DNA of 64,000 bases from Mustelus asterias (GCF_964213995.1 NW_027590122.1:2170001-2234000), one strand, 5' to 3'. Shown: positions 13,130 to 26,720, numbered from the stretch's first letter. The notes: generated by a model not told the origin, from the letters alone. Program-made: numbers and translations.

Positions 13130-14320
13130 ACATAGAACATAGAAAAGCTACAGCACAAACAGGCCCTCCGGCCCACAAGTTGTGCCGAACATGACCCTAC
13201 CTACTAGGCTTACCTATAACCCTCGATCTTACTAACTTCCATGAACTTATCCAAAAGTCTCGACCCTATCGAATCCGCCTCCACCGCCACTACCGGCAGC
13301 CGATTCCACGCACCCACCACCCTCTGAGTGAAAAACTTACCCCTAACATCTCCTCTGTACCTACTCCCCAGCACCCTAAACCTGTGACCTCTTGTGGCAA
13401 CCATTTCAGCCCTGGGTAAAAGCCTCTGAGAATCCACTCTATCAATACCTCTCAACATCTTATACACATCTATCAGGTCACCTCTCATCCTTCGCTTCTC
13501 CAAGGAGAAAAGACCTAGCTCGCTCAACCTATCCTCATAAGGCATGCCACCTAACCCAGGCAACATTCTTGTAAATCTCCTCTGCACCCTTTCTGTGGCT
13601 TCCACATCCTTTCTGTAATGAGGCGACCAGAACTGGGCACAGTACTCCTCCAAGTGGGGTCTGACCAGGGTCCTATACAGCTGCAGCATTATCTCCCGAT
13701 TTCTAAACTCAATTCCTCTATTGATGAAGGCCAGTATTCCATACGCCTTCTTAACCACAGCCTCGACCTGCGATGCTGCTTTGAGTGTCCTATGAACCCA
13801 GACCCCAAGATCCTTCTGATCTTCCACACTGCCAAGCGTCTTACCATTAATATTATATTCTTTCATCCTACTCGGCCTGCCAAAATGAACCACCACACAC
13901 TTATCTGGGTTGAAGACCATCTGCCACTTCTCCACCCAGTCTTGCATCTTATCTATGCCTCGTTGCAACTGCTGACATCCCTCTACACTATCCACAACAC
14001 CACCAACCTTTGTGTCATCAGCAAACTTGCCAACCCATCCTTCCACTTCCTCATCCAGGTCATTTATAAAAATCACAAAGAGCAAGGGTCCCAGAACAGA
14101 TCCCTGGGGCACTCCACTGGTGACCGACCTCCATACTGAAAAAGACCCATCTACAACCACTCTTTGCCTTCTGTGGGCAAGCCAGTTCTGAATCCACAAA
14201 GCAATGTCCCCTTGTATCCCATGCCCCTTCACTTTCTCAATAAGCCTTGCATGGGGCACCTTATCAAACACCTTGCTGAAATACATATAAACTACATCTA
14301 CCGCTCTTCCCTCGTAACAT
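13130..14320 (-). mobile_element. CR1 LINE, 5'-truncated, RT and C-terminus open
   Basis: 375-aa ORF with [10 protein letters not shown] and FADD RT motifs; ttctatg tail. Confidence 0.92.
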
Positions 14321-14489
14321 ATCTCTCTCCCATACAAATTTACTGGTAAAACGGAATTGTGAACATTGGGTAAGAGGCTCCCCTATTAGCCAGATAAACT
14401 GAGGGAACTAAAAGATGTCAATGTCTCTGAGAGAGAAAGAAAAATATACCTGGGCCTAGTCCTGTTCCTGAATCCGGTCTTCATCTGTA

Positions 14490-15010
14490 ACCTTTCCAGA
14501 GTCTGCAGCCTCCCTGGATTCACTTCCTTTCCCTTCAGTTGCTGCAAGTCCCCAATTTCCCCCAGAATGAGAAAAGAAATGGAAAGGGGGAAACATTGAT
14601 TTCCTCCCAGATGTTACACAGAGGCGGAAGTTTCAATCATTGGCCAATTTCCGCATTGTGACGGCACAATTGAGCTTAGCCTGAATTAGCCAATAGGAAT
14701 AAGTCTGTTCCGATGTGACGTACTGTGGTTTCAGTGCGCAGGCCCGGGCGCGCGGACCCGGGAGCCCCGCCCCCTCCCATTGATTCCCCCTCCTCCTGCA
14801 CCTCCTCCAGCCAAGGTTTCCAGGCAACCGGCTGATGGCTCCGGCCAGAGCGAGAAGCCGCTCGGTGATTTCCCCCCTCTCTCTCCGGCGGCTGCGGCTC
14901 CAAAAAGAGACCTCTCTCTGCGCCTGCTCCGGACAGCTGGGCTCAGCAGCGCTCTCTGCGCCTGCGTGCTGGGCTGCCAGCTGAGGGAGTGGGGGAGGGG
15001 ACTTTGCAAA
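14490..15010 (-). promoter_or_regulatory. CpG-island ZNF promoter cassette plus non-coding exon 1
   Basis: CCAAT boxes, TGACGT half-CRE, GC boxes, X-box-like GTTTCCAGGCAAC; homologous to 48500-49000 and 57729-58265. Confidence 0.7.
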
Positions 15011-15083
15011 ATCTCTTCCCATCATTTTCTTCCCAGTCCCGCAGTTTGATTTGAAACAGCACAGCTTCTGTTTTTAGCTTCAC

Positions 15084-15960
<877 letters not shown>

Positions 15961-16009
15961 TTATATCAATAGAGGTGAAGTTTATTCAGATGGAGGGCAC
16001 TGATTAGAT

Positions 16010-16440
16010 AGTTATAATGAGCGGGTAAAAGGTGGGACTCACTAATATAACTTGGAGTCAGAGTTGAACCTGTAATGTTTGATTCTGTGAACAAATCTAG
16101 ACCAAATAAAGATTGACTCCACCCCAAGGCAGTCAGGATTATAACATGGTAACAGAAAATGCTTGTCTAATGGTGAAGGTTGGAAACTAAAAGAAAGTAT
16201 ATTTCAGACAGAAGCTTCCAATCGCAGCAGCTTTTGTGAGAAATGACTGAAAGGCAGTGGGAATTGTCAGGGTCTGATTACCTGCTGATGCTCTCGGAGT
16301 CTGAACCATACAACCAGTGGAAGAATGAAGTGGCGATGTGGACACGGGTTACATCCCGATCAAGGAGGAAACAAGATCTGGCCTTGGCATTGTCACTTCC
16401 TAACACAAGGAAAATCAGCAACAAAGCATTTTCTGATCAG
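16010..16440 (+). mobile_element. Copia (GalEa-like) LTR retrotransposon relic: short LTR, PBS, gag start
   Basis: GTTATAAT...ATTATAACA inverted ends (16011-16146), AATAAA inside, PBS-like TGGTAACAGA at 16147, peptide SESEPYNQWKNEVAMWTRVT...KQDLALALSLP. Confidence 0.6.
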
Positions 16441-16644
16441 CCAAACTGCAAGTTGATACCTGCACTGGCACGGATGATTCATGTAAAGAATTCACTTCAG
16501 GTGGTTGGAGGGTAGAATCCCTGTCAATTGGTCTATGGGAGAAATCCCTAATTCCCCTCTGTGCCGGGCGATCGCCCTCCTGCTTTAAAGGTATACAATT
16601 AGTTCCATTTTCAGTCATCAATTATCTGATTGTTCCATGAAAAT

Positions 16645-16880
16645 CATAGAAGAATCATAGAAACCCTACAGTGCGGAAGGAGGCCATTCGGCCCATCGAG
16701 TCTGCACCGACCACAATCCCACCCAGGCCCTCCCCCCACATATTTACTTGCTAATCCCTCTAACCTACGCATCTCAGGACTCTAAGGGGCAATTTTTAAC
16801 CTGGCCAATCAACCTAACCCGCACATCTTTGGACTGTGGGAGGAAACTGGAGCACCTGGAGGAAACCCACGCAGACACGG
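16645..16880 (-). mobile_element. HE1-type V-SINE, 5'-truncated
   Basis: Reverse complement of the 3' part of 11836-12177. Confidence 0.88.
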
Positions 16881-18659
16881 TAGAACAGTAGAAAAGAATT
16901 GCTGAAAGCAACAAATTATTGGAGAGACCAGAAGAGGGTTTCTTCATGTGTAACGTTTGTACTGAAGAAGAAAAAACATATTTTTCTTCGATTTGTTTTG
17001 AAACACTGTTTGTGTGAATCTTTGCGATCCCGGTCAGGACTGTTAATGTTTGCAGAGAAATTCGAACACCCAGTGATTAACTGAAAGAATTACATCACAA
17101 GACTCCACATTTTTAAACAAAAACAAACTTTACTGTATGTTTAAATAAAATTTAAAAAGACAACATTACAAATTGAATACTACACTCAATAAAGATTTAT
17201 GATATAAACCTAGTTCTATTTTTTTACCTCACCCCAAGAGTTTCTTTATACTTAATGATATCTTGAAGGTTCATTCACTTCTGTTCCTAGGACCATCCCA
17301 AAGCTCTCCACAATTCACTTTAATTCTCCCCAGTACTCCAGATATTCTCCAAGCTCCAAGAGTTTATAGGAGTCTATCCATTATCTTTTCATTAAACAAG
17401 CTTCCAATTTTCCTTTAAGCTCTCAAACTGTGGACTCCTCAGTCCAAACATGGGCTTCACTGCATTCTTGCTGAGGGATTTAACCGTTGGAAACCCCCCT
17501 GGTTTCTAATGGTCCTCAAGGCTTCTAGTCCCACAGCTCCTGGTCCCACAACTGGTGGCTTCCAAGCTAACTGCAGACTGTCCGCTGGAACCAGGTCATT
17601 GATTGGAAAGGACTCAAAGGTTCCGGGGAAAAGGCAGGAGAATGAGATTGAGATTTATCAGCCATGATCGAATGGCACAGCAGATTCGATGGGCCGAATA
17701 GCCTAATTCTGCTCCTATATCTTATGGTCTAATTCTAACCAAGTCTCCACCCTGAATCACATATCCCCGTGGTAACAGAGACCAGGTGGAATATCTGTCA
17801 GATATTTAGCTTCAAAACTAAACCCTTTTTCCCTGAGGTCTGCATGAAGAATTCACCGAACAAAAACAGTACAATAATTGTCAGACCCAATGTCTCCAGC
17901 TAAAAGATCCAGCTGACCTTTTACAGTTCTTACCTCTCGAGTTTTGACTTCTTAAACCAACATGGGCCATGCTTTGTGACTGCAAATTCCCTGAGGGTGT
18001 TTTTGTCAGATTCTCAATCCAGGTTTTCCATTTTTTAAAAGCAATTCTTGCAACTAATTCTTATTTCTAAAACATAGGAATTATGAAATTAGATTTTTGG
18101 AACAAAAACAGGAAAAAATGGAAATGTACCACCTTCATAATATCCCATTTAGAATATTACAATATACAACATGCTGTATATCTTAACAACAGTCATGATC
18201 TTATTGAATGGTGGAGCAGGCTCGAAGGGCCAAATGGCCTCCTCCTGTTCCTAAATCCAATGTTTTCCTATGTTGATCTATCTTATAACCTGCAACAGAC
18301 ACAATAATCCCTCCATTGTCCACTTCACATTCACAAGTCCAGCTTGGTAACAGCACACTGCTGGGTTCCATGTCCAGGAATCTCAGTCCACTGAAGATGG
18401 AAATTACTGCTTGCAGTCTTTTCTGAAAGTTTTCTTTTTACAATAATTATAATCCAAAGTTCCTCCTGCAAAAGGAGAGTCTTCATTGCTGTTCATTTGT
18501 GAAGTGTCAAGTTCTATTTTGAAAACAATCTGTTCAGAGTTCACATTTTGAAATTTATTTTCTTCCATGTTTGTAGTTCTTCCATTGTTTAAATCCAGAG
18601 AGAATATTCCACTCAATTCCACATTGAAACTGTCTTCTTCTAGCTCTGTTATAGCTGAT

Positions 18660-19097
18660 TCCTTTATTGTCCAGGACAATATATTCACAATATCTTTAAA
18701 ACAGAAATTAAACATTCCCATTTGATTCCAGACAGTAACATATTCTGTTGGTTTGTTCTTTGTCAATGTCAGGCTCGGGTTGTTCTCCTTGGAGCAAAGG
18801 AGGTTGAGGGGAGATTTGATAGAGGTGGACAAGATTCTGACAGGTTTAGATAAGGTGGACAAAGAAAAGCTGTTCCCAGTAGCTGAAGGGACAAGGACGA
18901 GGGGAGACACAGATTTCTTGTTTTGGGTCAGAGATGCAAGGGGTGGGGGGGGGGGGGCGGGGGAGATGTGAGGAAGAATATTCTGATGCAGCGAATGGTA
19001 ATGACCTGGAACTCGCTGCCTACAAGGGTGGAGGAAATGGAGACAATAAACAATTAAAAAGGAAATTGGATGGGCATTTGGGATGTTCCAAACAGAA
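18660..19097. repeat. Duplicated ZNF 3' flank containing an ancestral CR1 fragment
   Basis: Homologous to 45128-45546, and inverted to 59757-60148 and 63667-63800. Confidence 0.8.
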
Positions 19098-19379
19098 CAA
19101 AGAGCAAAGAAAATTTTGCTTTCTTTAAACAAAAAAAAACAAAGAAAATCCATCAAGACACCATTTGACTGAGTGTGGCAGAAAGGGACCTACACAGGGT
19201 TGGAATCGGTGGGAGTTGGGGGGCGGGGGGAACTCTCCACCGGTTGGGGATATACCAGGTACAGATGAGGATGGCTGTGGTTGTTGGAGGTCAGTCATCA
19301 CTGCAAGGGTCACTGCAGGGTTCATCTAAAACTCTGCTGGCCATGTTTAAACTCACATTAAGTGTTATTCCACTATCAC

Positions 19380-19800
19380 CCTTGTGCACGATGATCCACC
19401 CAGTAAAGCAACAACTTAATATTAAAATTCTCATCTTTGGTTTCAAATCACTCCATGACCTTGCCTGTCCCAATATCTATAATCTCCGATAAGCCCCACA
19501 ACCCTCAATATATTACACTGCTCTAATTCTGGTCTTTAGTTTGTCCCTGCCCTTGCTTCACCATTGCAAGCTCTACCTTCAGTTGCTTAGGCTCCAACCT
19601 CTGGAATACCATCCCTACACGTCTCCAACTCTCCACCTCGCTTTTCTCCTTTAACACACCACTTAAAATCGACCACTTTGACCAAACTTTTGGTCATCTA
19701 ACCTAATATCTTCTTTGTGGCTCAATATCATACTTTATTTTACAATGCTCCCTGGATGTTTTATTATTTCAAGGCGCTATATAAATATATTTTGTTGTTC
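19380..19800 (+). mobile_element. L2-type LINE 3' end
   Basis: KILIFGFKSLHDLACPNIYNL; ctctggaat...ttaaaa...tttgaccaa tail pattern. Confidence 0.55.
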
Positions 19801-19809
19801 CTCATGTCT

Positions 19810-20722
19810 CCTGGGCCTAATCATTTTCAGCGGCTTCATTAATTACCGTCTCCCCACCGTAGGGTCGGAAACGGGGATGTTCACTGATGATTGCAGTGTA
19901 TATTACCATTCACAACTCTGAATACTGAAGCTGCCCGCATGCAGCGCAGGACCAGGACAACATTCAGGTTGGAGCTGATTGTCAATTCATACTGACACCA
20001 CATAATTATCAGGAAATATCTATTTCCAGCAAGAAAATCTAACCATCTTCCCTTGATATTCAATGGCATTACCATCAGTGAATGTCCCACCAGCAATAAC
20101 TTTGGGGTTACCATTGACCAGTCATTTAAATACTGTGGTTACAGGAGCAGATCAGAGGTTGGGAGTTTTGTGGCAGGTTACTCACTTAATGACTCCCCAA
20201 AGGCTTGCCATGATTCACAAGGTATAAATCAGGAGTAAGGTGGAATATTCCCTACCTGGATGAGTGTATCTGCAACAATTTTGTAGATCCTATCCAGGAC
20301 AAAGTAGCTCGCCTGATCAGCATCTCAAATACCACCTTAAACATCCACCATTAGCCCATAATGGTGGCAGTGTATCCCACAGATTAGATGCACTGCAAGA
20401 AATCACCAAGGCTATTTTCACAGCATGTTCCAAACCCTAACTTCTACCACTTGAAAAACAAGTGCAGCCAGCGTTTGGGAATGCCACCATCTGCAAATTG
20501 TACTCCACATCACATACCATTCTGACTTGAAAATCAATCACCATTCCTTCTCTGTCACTGCATCAAATTCCTGGAACTCCCTAACAGCGTTGTGGGTATA
20601 CCTACACCAGATGGATTGCAGCAATTCAAGAAAGTGGCTCACTTTCTTCACAAGGGCAATCAGTGATGCACAATGAATGTTGGCCTTGCCAGTCACATTC
20701 ACATCCCCTGAAAGAATAAAAG
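19810..20722 (+). mobile_element. Degenerate 3' part of second LINE family (L2/CR1 group)
   Basis: MFTDDC RT motif; tail ccctaacagc...caagggcaat...gaataaaa shared with the SINE at 3185. Confidence 0.6.
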
Positions 20723-20749
20723 AAATTCCTCATCCCTGGTATCATTCTC

Positions 20750-21330
20750 AGTCATGAGGACTGCAATTATCAATGAACAGCTCCGCTTTTGACTCTATGA
20801 TGGGGGGAGGGTCATTGGTGGAGCAACTGAGGATGGATGGGCCTCGGACACTACCCTAGGGCTGAGGTGATTGGCCTCCAACAACCGCGATCATCCTCCT
20901 CTGTGCGGGATGTGGCTCTCGCCGGTGGAGAGTTTCCCCCCGATTCCCATTGACTTCAATGTTAATCGGGTTGCTTGATGCCACGCACAGTCAAATGCTG
21001 CCTTGATGTCAATGGCAATCACTCCAACATCACCCAGTTCAACTCTTTTGTCCATGTTTGGACAAAGGCTGTAAATGAGGCAGGAGGTGAGTGGTCCAAG
21101 GTGGAACCCAAAATGAGCATCAGTGAGCAGGTTATTGCTGTATAAATGCTGCTTGATCGCACCGTTGGCAACAACATCTTCCATCATTTTGCTGATGATC
21201 GAGACGAGAGACATTGGAGGGCAGTTGGCCAGTTTGGATTTTTCCTTATCCATTGCCTTCAGCTGTTTATTGATATCCCTTGAAGTGAATCGAATTGGCT
21301 GAAGATGGGCATCTGTGATACGAGGGACCT
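20750..21330 (-). mobile_element. Degenerate LINE RT fragment
   Basis: SLVSIISKMME...LLTDAHFGF...IAIDIKAAFDCAWH. Confidence 0.75.
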
Positions 21331-21799
21331 CAGAATGGATAATCCATATGGAGAGATTAGAGAAGCTGGAATTGCACTCTATAGAGCAGGAAAGGTTAAG
21401 GAAAGATTTAATAGAGATATTCAAACTTTTGAGAGGTTTTGATAAAATGCATGTCTGTTTCCACTGGTTTTTAACCAAAAGACATCGGGTGGAATTTCAT
21501 GAAAAAAATTCGAAGTGCTGAATGAGTGAGAAAAGTTTCAAACTCGTTTCTTGGGCAAATTAAAAAAAAAATCTTGTGGCACTGAGTCAAAAACAGTCAC
21601 AATATAATCCTCACTGCAGGAGGAAGGGGAGGAACCTAAACTTGCTGGGGAAGCCAGCTGCTGATCTGGAGGGGTGTCATTGTTCATGCGCTCCATCCTC
21701 CCAGTTTCCAGCTTCAGTGGACATCCCCCCCTCCCCACAGAAATCGCCCCACCAATCTCCTCATCTGTAGCGTTTCCCCCAAATCACCAACCCCTCCCC

Positions 21800-22065
21800 G
21801 CAATCAGCATCCCTGCAGAGTTCCCCCTCTCGCCCCCTCCCCGATCGCCACCCCTGCAGAGTTTCCCCAATCACCAGCTCCCTCCCCCATCAGGACTCCT
21901 GCAGAGCTCCCCCCGCTAACCCCCTCCTCAATCACCACCCCTGCAGAGTTTCCCCAATCACCAGCTCTCTCCCCCATCAGGACTCCTGCAGAGCTCCCCC
22001 CCGGCCCGAGCCCCCTCCTCAATCACCACCCCTGCAGAATTTCCCAATCACCACTCCCTCCCCCT
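21800..22065. repeat. C-rich minisatellite, about 90-bp unit, about 3 copies
   Basis: Repeated ccctgcagagtttccccaatcaccagctccctcccccatcaggactcctgcagagctcccccc. Confidence 0.8.
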
Positions 22066-22575
22066 AGTTAGCTTCACCGTCCCACGGAGTGACCCAGGGG
22101 TCCATTGGCGCCTCGAGGGAGGAGGGGGGCCTGGGGACGGTGCTGGGGCCTTCCACCCGGGGGATTCCGGCCGATGGGATGCAGGGCTTTCCGACTCCCC
22201 CTTTCCTGACACCGGTGCATCTCAAGAGCAGCAGGGTGAACAGCAAGGCAAGGATACATCTATATCACCAGGAAGACGGCTGGACCCCTCTGGGTCCCAG
22301 CTCTCCAGCAGACGCCTGCCAGCGGCATCACAGGCAAATGGGTGCGGAGTGCAGCTGGCTGCCTCCAGTTCTGATGTGCATCCTGGGGGGACGTGTTGAT
22401 GTGGCGCTGGACCACGGGAGATGGAGATGTTGTGGGGTGGCCAGGAGGGCACGGGTGAAAGTCTATATGAGAAAGGTTTAGGGAATTGGGCTCTGTTGAC
22501 GATCACATCCACCTGTTTTATAGCACTGTTAACTATCGGCCCTTCGTGTTATTGCATTGTTCGTTTCACCAATAA

Positions 22576-22750
22576 ATGTCCAAAGATGTGCAGGTTAGGT
22601 TGATTGGCCATACTAAATTGATCCGAGTGTCAGGGGGATTAGCAGGGTAAATGTGAGTTTACGGGAGTAGGGCCTGGGTGGGATTGTGGTCGGAACAGGC
22701 TCGATGGGCTGAATGGCCTCCTTCTGTACTGTAGGGATTCTATTATATTC
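22576..22750 (+). mobile_element. HE1-type SINE 3' half
   Basis: gtccaaagatgtgcaggttaggttgattggcc ... tgtagggattctat. Confidence 0.8.
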
Positions 22751-22754
22751 TCTA

Positions 22755-23810
22755 TAAAATTACAGCACAGAAACAAGCCCTTTGGCCCTCCAAGCCTGTA
22801 GCAACCATGCTGCCCGTCTGAACTAAAACCCCCTACCTTTACGGGGACCATATCCCTCTATTCCTATGCTATTCATATATTTGTCAAGACACATCTTAAC
22901 GTCACTATCGTATCTGCTTCCACTACCTTCCCCGGCAACGAGTTCCAGGCACCCACCAACCTCTGTGTAAAGAACCTGCCTCGTACATCTCCTTTAAACC
23001 ATGCCCTTCACACCTGAAACCTATGCCCCTAGTAATTGACTCTTCCACCCTGGGAAAAAGCTTCTGACTATCCACTCTGTCCATGCCCCTCATAATCTTG
23101 TAGACTTCTATCAGGTTGCCCTCCTCAACCTCCGTTGTTCCAGTGAGAACAAACCAAGTTTCTCCAACCTCTCCTCATAGCTAATGCCCTCCACACCAGG
23201 CAACATCCTGATAAATATTTTCCGTACCCTCTCCAAAGCCTCCACATCCTTCTGGTAGTGTGGTGACCAGAATTGAACACTAGATTCCAAGTGCCGTCTA
23301 ACTAAGGTTCTATAAAGCTGCAACATGACTTACCAATTTTTAAACTCAATGCCCCGGCCGATGAAGGCAAGCATGCCATATGCCTTCTTGATTAACTTCT
23401 CCACCTGCATTGCCACTTTCAATGACCTGTGTACCTGTACACCCAGATCCCTCTGCCTATGAATACTCTGAAGGGTTCTGCCGATAACTGTATATTTCCC
23501 ATCTGTATTAGACCTTCCAAAATGCATTACCTCACATTTGTCTGAATTAAACTCCATCTGCCATCTCTACGCCCAAGTCTCCAACTGATCGATATCCTGC
23601 TGTATCCTCCGCCGGTCCCCATCGCTATCCGCAATTCCACCAACCTTTGTGTCATCCGCAAACTGACCAATCAAACCAGTTACATTTTCCTCCAAATCAT
23701 TTATATATATATTACAAACAGCAAAAGTCCCAGCACTGATCCCTGAGGAATGTCACTTGTCACAGCCCTCCATTCAGAAATGTACCTTTGCAATGCCAAC
23801 CTCTGTTTTC
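22755..23810 (-). mobile_element. CR1 LINE 3' fragment, frameshifted
   Basis: SDIPQGSVLG, MEFNSDKCEVMHFG, LGLFSLEQRRL across three ORFs. Confidence 0.9.
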
Positions 23811-24046
23811 CTCTAAATATCTCGAAACCTCCTAACACCCTGTCACTCTGTGATCCTTGTGACATTTGAAACCAGGTATTTGCAAAAAGACTCAAAGAGC
23901 ATCAGCCCACTGGAGGCTGAGACCAGCCAGTCCAGCACAAAGAAACCCTCTGACCCTTCCCATTGACCAACTGTGAGAATGAACAAAATGCAATCCTGGA
24001 TGCAACTGAGAGCAGAAACAATAACAGCAGAATCCAACCCCTGGAA

Positions 24047-25309
24047 TCACTCGTGAACTCGCTGGTGTCTCAGCAGCCGGGATGAAACTCTGAATCCCTT
24101 CCCACACTGAGAGCAGGTAAACGGCCTCTCCCCAGTGTGAACTCGCTGGTGTGCCCGCAGGCTGGATGACTGAGTGAATCCCTCCCCACACTGAGAGCAG
24201 GTGAATGGTCTCTCCCCAGTGTGAACTCGCTGGTGTGCCTGCAGGTGGAATAACCGAGTGAATCCCTTCCCACACTGAGAGCAGGTGAACGGTCTCTCCC
24301 CAGTGTGAACTTGCTGGTGTCTCTGCAGGTGGGATAACTGAGTGAATCCCTTCCCACACTGAGAGCAGGTGAACGGTCTCTCCCCAGTGTGAACTCGCTG
24401 GTGTGCCTGCAAGTTGGATAACCAAGTGAATCCCTTCCCACACTGAGAGCAGGTGAATGGTTTCTCCCCAGTGTGAACTCGCTGGTGTGTCTGCAGGTTG
24501 GATAACCGAGTGAATCCCTTCCCACACTGAGAGCAGGTGAATGGTCTCTCCCCAGTGTGAACTTGCTGGTGTGTCCGCAGGGTGGATAAACAAGTGAATC
24601 CCTTCCCACATTGAGAGCAGGTGAACGGCCTCTCCCCAGTGTGAACTCGCTGGTGTGTCCGCAGGTTGGATGAACAAGTGAATCCCTTCCCACACTGAGA
24701 GCAGGTGAATGGCCTCTCCCCAGTGTGAACTCGCTGGTGTGTCCGCAGGGTGGATAAACAAGTGAATCCCTTCCCACACTGAGAGCAGGTGAATGGTCTC
24801 TCCCCAGTGTGAACTTGCTGGTGTGTCCGCAGGGTGGATAAACAAGTGAATCCCTTCCCACATTGAGAGCAGGTGAACGGCCTCTCCCCAGTGTGAACTC
24901 GCTGGTGTGTCCGCAGGTTGGATGAACAAGTGAATCCCTTCCCACACTGAGAGCAGGTGAATGGCCTCTCCCCAGTGTGAACTCGCTGGTGTGTCCGCAG
25001 GGTGGATAAACAAGTGAATCCCTTCCCACACTGAGAGCAGGTGAATGGCCTCTCTCCAGTGTGAACTCGCTGGTGTGTCCGCAGGTTGGATGAACAAGTG
25101 AATCCCTCCCCACACTGAGAGCAGGTGAATGGCTTCTCCCCAGTGTGAACTCGCTCGTGTGTCCGCAGGGTAGATAACTGAATGAATCCCTTCTCACACT
25201 GAGAGCAGGTGAATGGTCTCTCCCCAGTGTGGCTGCGCCGATGAGCTTCCAGCAGAGATGGGGCTCTGTATCTCTTCCCACAGTCCACACATTTCCATGG
25301 TTTCTCCAT
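24047..25309 (-). CDS. Tandem C2H2 zinc-finger protein, 15 fingers, minisatellite-like array
   Basis: ATG at 25309 (MEKPWKC); near-identical 84-bp units; intact to stop. Confidence 0.92.
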   Translation of the reverse strand: MEKPWKCVDCGKRYRAPSLLEAHRRSHTGERPFTCSQCEKGFIQLSTLRTHERVHTGEKPFTCSQCGEGFTCSSNLRTHQRVHTGERPFTCSQCGKGFTCLSTLRTHQRVHTGERPFTCSQCGKGFTCSSNLRTHQRVHTGERPFTCSQCGKGFTCLSTLRTHQQVHTGERPFTCSQCGKGFTCLSTLRTHQRVHTGERPFTCSQCGKGFTCSSNLRTHQRVHTGERPFTCSQCGKGFTCLSTLRTHQQVHTGERPFTCSQCGKGFTRLSNLQTHQRVHTGEKPFTCSQCGKGFTWLSNLQAHQRVHTGERPFTCSQCGKGFTQLSHLQRHQQVHTGERPFTCSQCGKGFTRLFHLQAHQRVHTGERPFTCSQCGEGFTQSSSLRAHQRVHTGERPFTCSQCGKGFRVSSRLLRHQRVHE

Positions 25310-25796
25310 GGTGCAGGTGTCCTTACCTCTCTCTTGGGTGAACAATTAGTTGAAACTTCGTCCACACACAGAACAAGATTACAGTCTCTCCCCGCTGTGA
25401 ATGGTGTGATATTTATTCAGACTGTGTAACTGGTTAAAGCTCTTTAGTCAGTGCATTGGAACACACTCACTCAAGTGTGGCAGTGTGTTGATGCTTTTTC
25501 ACTCACACAGACATTTCAAATCTTTTCAAATCGACAGGCTGAACAATCATTTCTCCTTCTGGATTCAAAGTCCGATGATATTGAGGTCCCAAGGGATATG
25601 ACTCTGTCAGATCGAGACGTGACGTCTGAGATTTCGGCCTGTGATTCCTCTTTCAATATCCTGTAAAATGAGTTTACAAAAGTCATCAGTGTCAGTACAG
25701 GATAGAAATTCAGAACAGACAATTTCTATGGAACATTCTTTCCTCTCTCATTCCCCAAAAGCTGTAAATCTCCATCCCACACACTCTCTCCCCATT

Positions 25797-25985
25797 CTCA
25801 GCAGGTCTGGCAGCATCTGCATGGAGAGAAAAGAACTGATGTTTCAGAGCTTTGACAAAGGGTCATCGAGACAAGAAACATCAGCTCTTTTCTCTCCTTA
25901 CAGATGCTGCCAGACCTGCTGAAATTTTCCAGCATTTTCTCTCTTGGTTTCAGATTCCAGCATCCGCAGTAATTTGCTTTTATAA
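25797..25985. mobile_element. Penelope-derived fold-back repeat in ZNF intron (related copies at 28835-29000 and 53150-53410)
   Basis: cagcaggtctggcagcatctg...cagatgctgccagacctgctg inverted arms around a decayed hammerhead-like core. Confidence 0.55.
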
Positions 25986-26054
25986 GGCTGCAGATACCTC
26001 CTCCCAAGTAACATGCGTGTGCCCAAGACATCACCACTTGTTTCCCTTATTTAT

Positions 26055-26720
26055 TTAGCACCCATGGTGCTCTCCGCAGTAAACACAGAGGAGAAGTATT
26101 CATTAAAAATCTCACCCATCTCCTGCGGCTCCACACACAGATGGCCATACTGATTTTTAAGGGGATCTATTCTCTCTCTAGCCACCCTTTTACTCTTAAT
26201 ATAGCTATAGAACCTCTTGGAATTTTCTTTAATCTTACCTGCCAGATCCATATCATACCCTCTTTCTGTCCTCCTGATTTCCCTCTTCAGTATTTTCTTA
26301 CACTTTTTATCGTCAGAGTGATTCACTTGTCCCCGATTGCCGAAACCCAATGTATGCTTCCTTCTTTTACCTGACCAGAGCCTCAATGTCCCTTGTCTGC
26401 CAGAGATCCCTAAATTCACCATTCTTTCCCTGCATCTTAACAGGAATATAATGCCCCTGGATTCTTGATATCACACTTTTTTAAAACCTCCTATTTCCCA
26501 GTCATTCCTTTCCCTTCAAACAAACTCACCTAATCGACATCTGCTCGATTCTGCCTAATGCACATAAAAGTGGCCCTGCTCCAGTTTAGGGCCTTGACCT
26601 GTGGACCTGTCCTATCTTTTTCCTGAACTATTTTGAAACTATTGGTGCTCCCAATAGTGCTCCCTGACTGACACTTCAGTCACTTGCTCGACCTCATTTC
26701 TTAACTGTCTAATAGAAAGT
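26055..26720 (-). mobile_element. Old CR1 ORF2 internal fragment
   Basis: LAGKIKENSKRFYSYIKSKR...NEYFSSVFT; partly shared with 47740-48020. Confidence 0.75.

Noticed and set aside
14633-15049. Short GC-rich ORFs at promoters (also 48632-49296, 57785-58267)
   Set aside because: Expected in CpG islands; they are shared only over the 65-bp core, with no conserved start or stop.
18404-19156. 250-aa protein-coding gene
   Set aside because: Mostly antisense CR1 and duplicated flank sequence; only the distal part is kept as a weak finding.
24047-25309. PRDM9 itself, or a CRISPR-like array
   Set aside because: No SET, KRAB or SSXRD exons were seen; the repeats are 84-bp coding units without spacers in a vertebrate genome.
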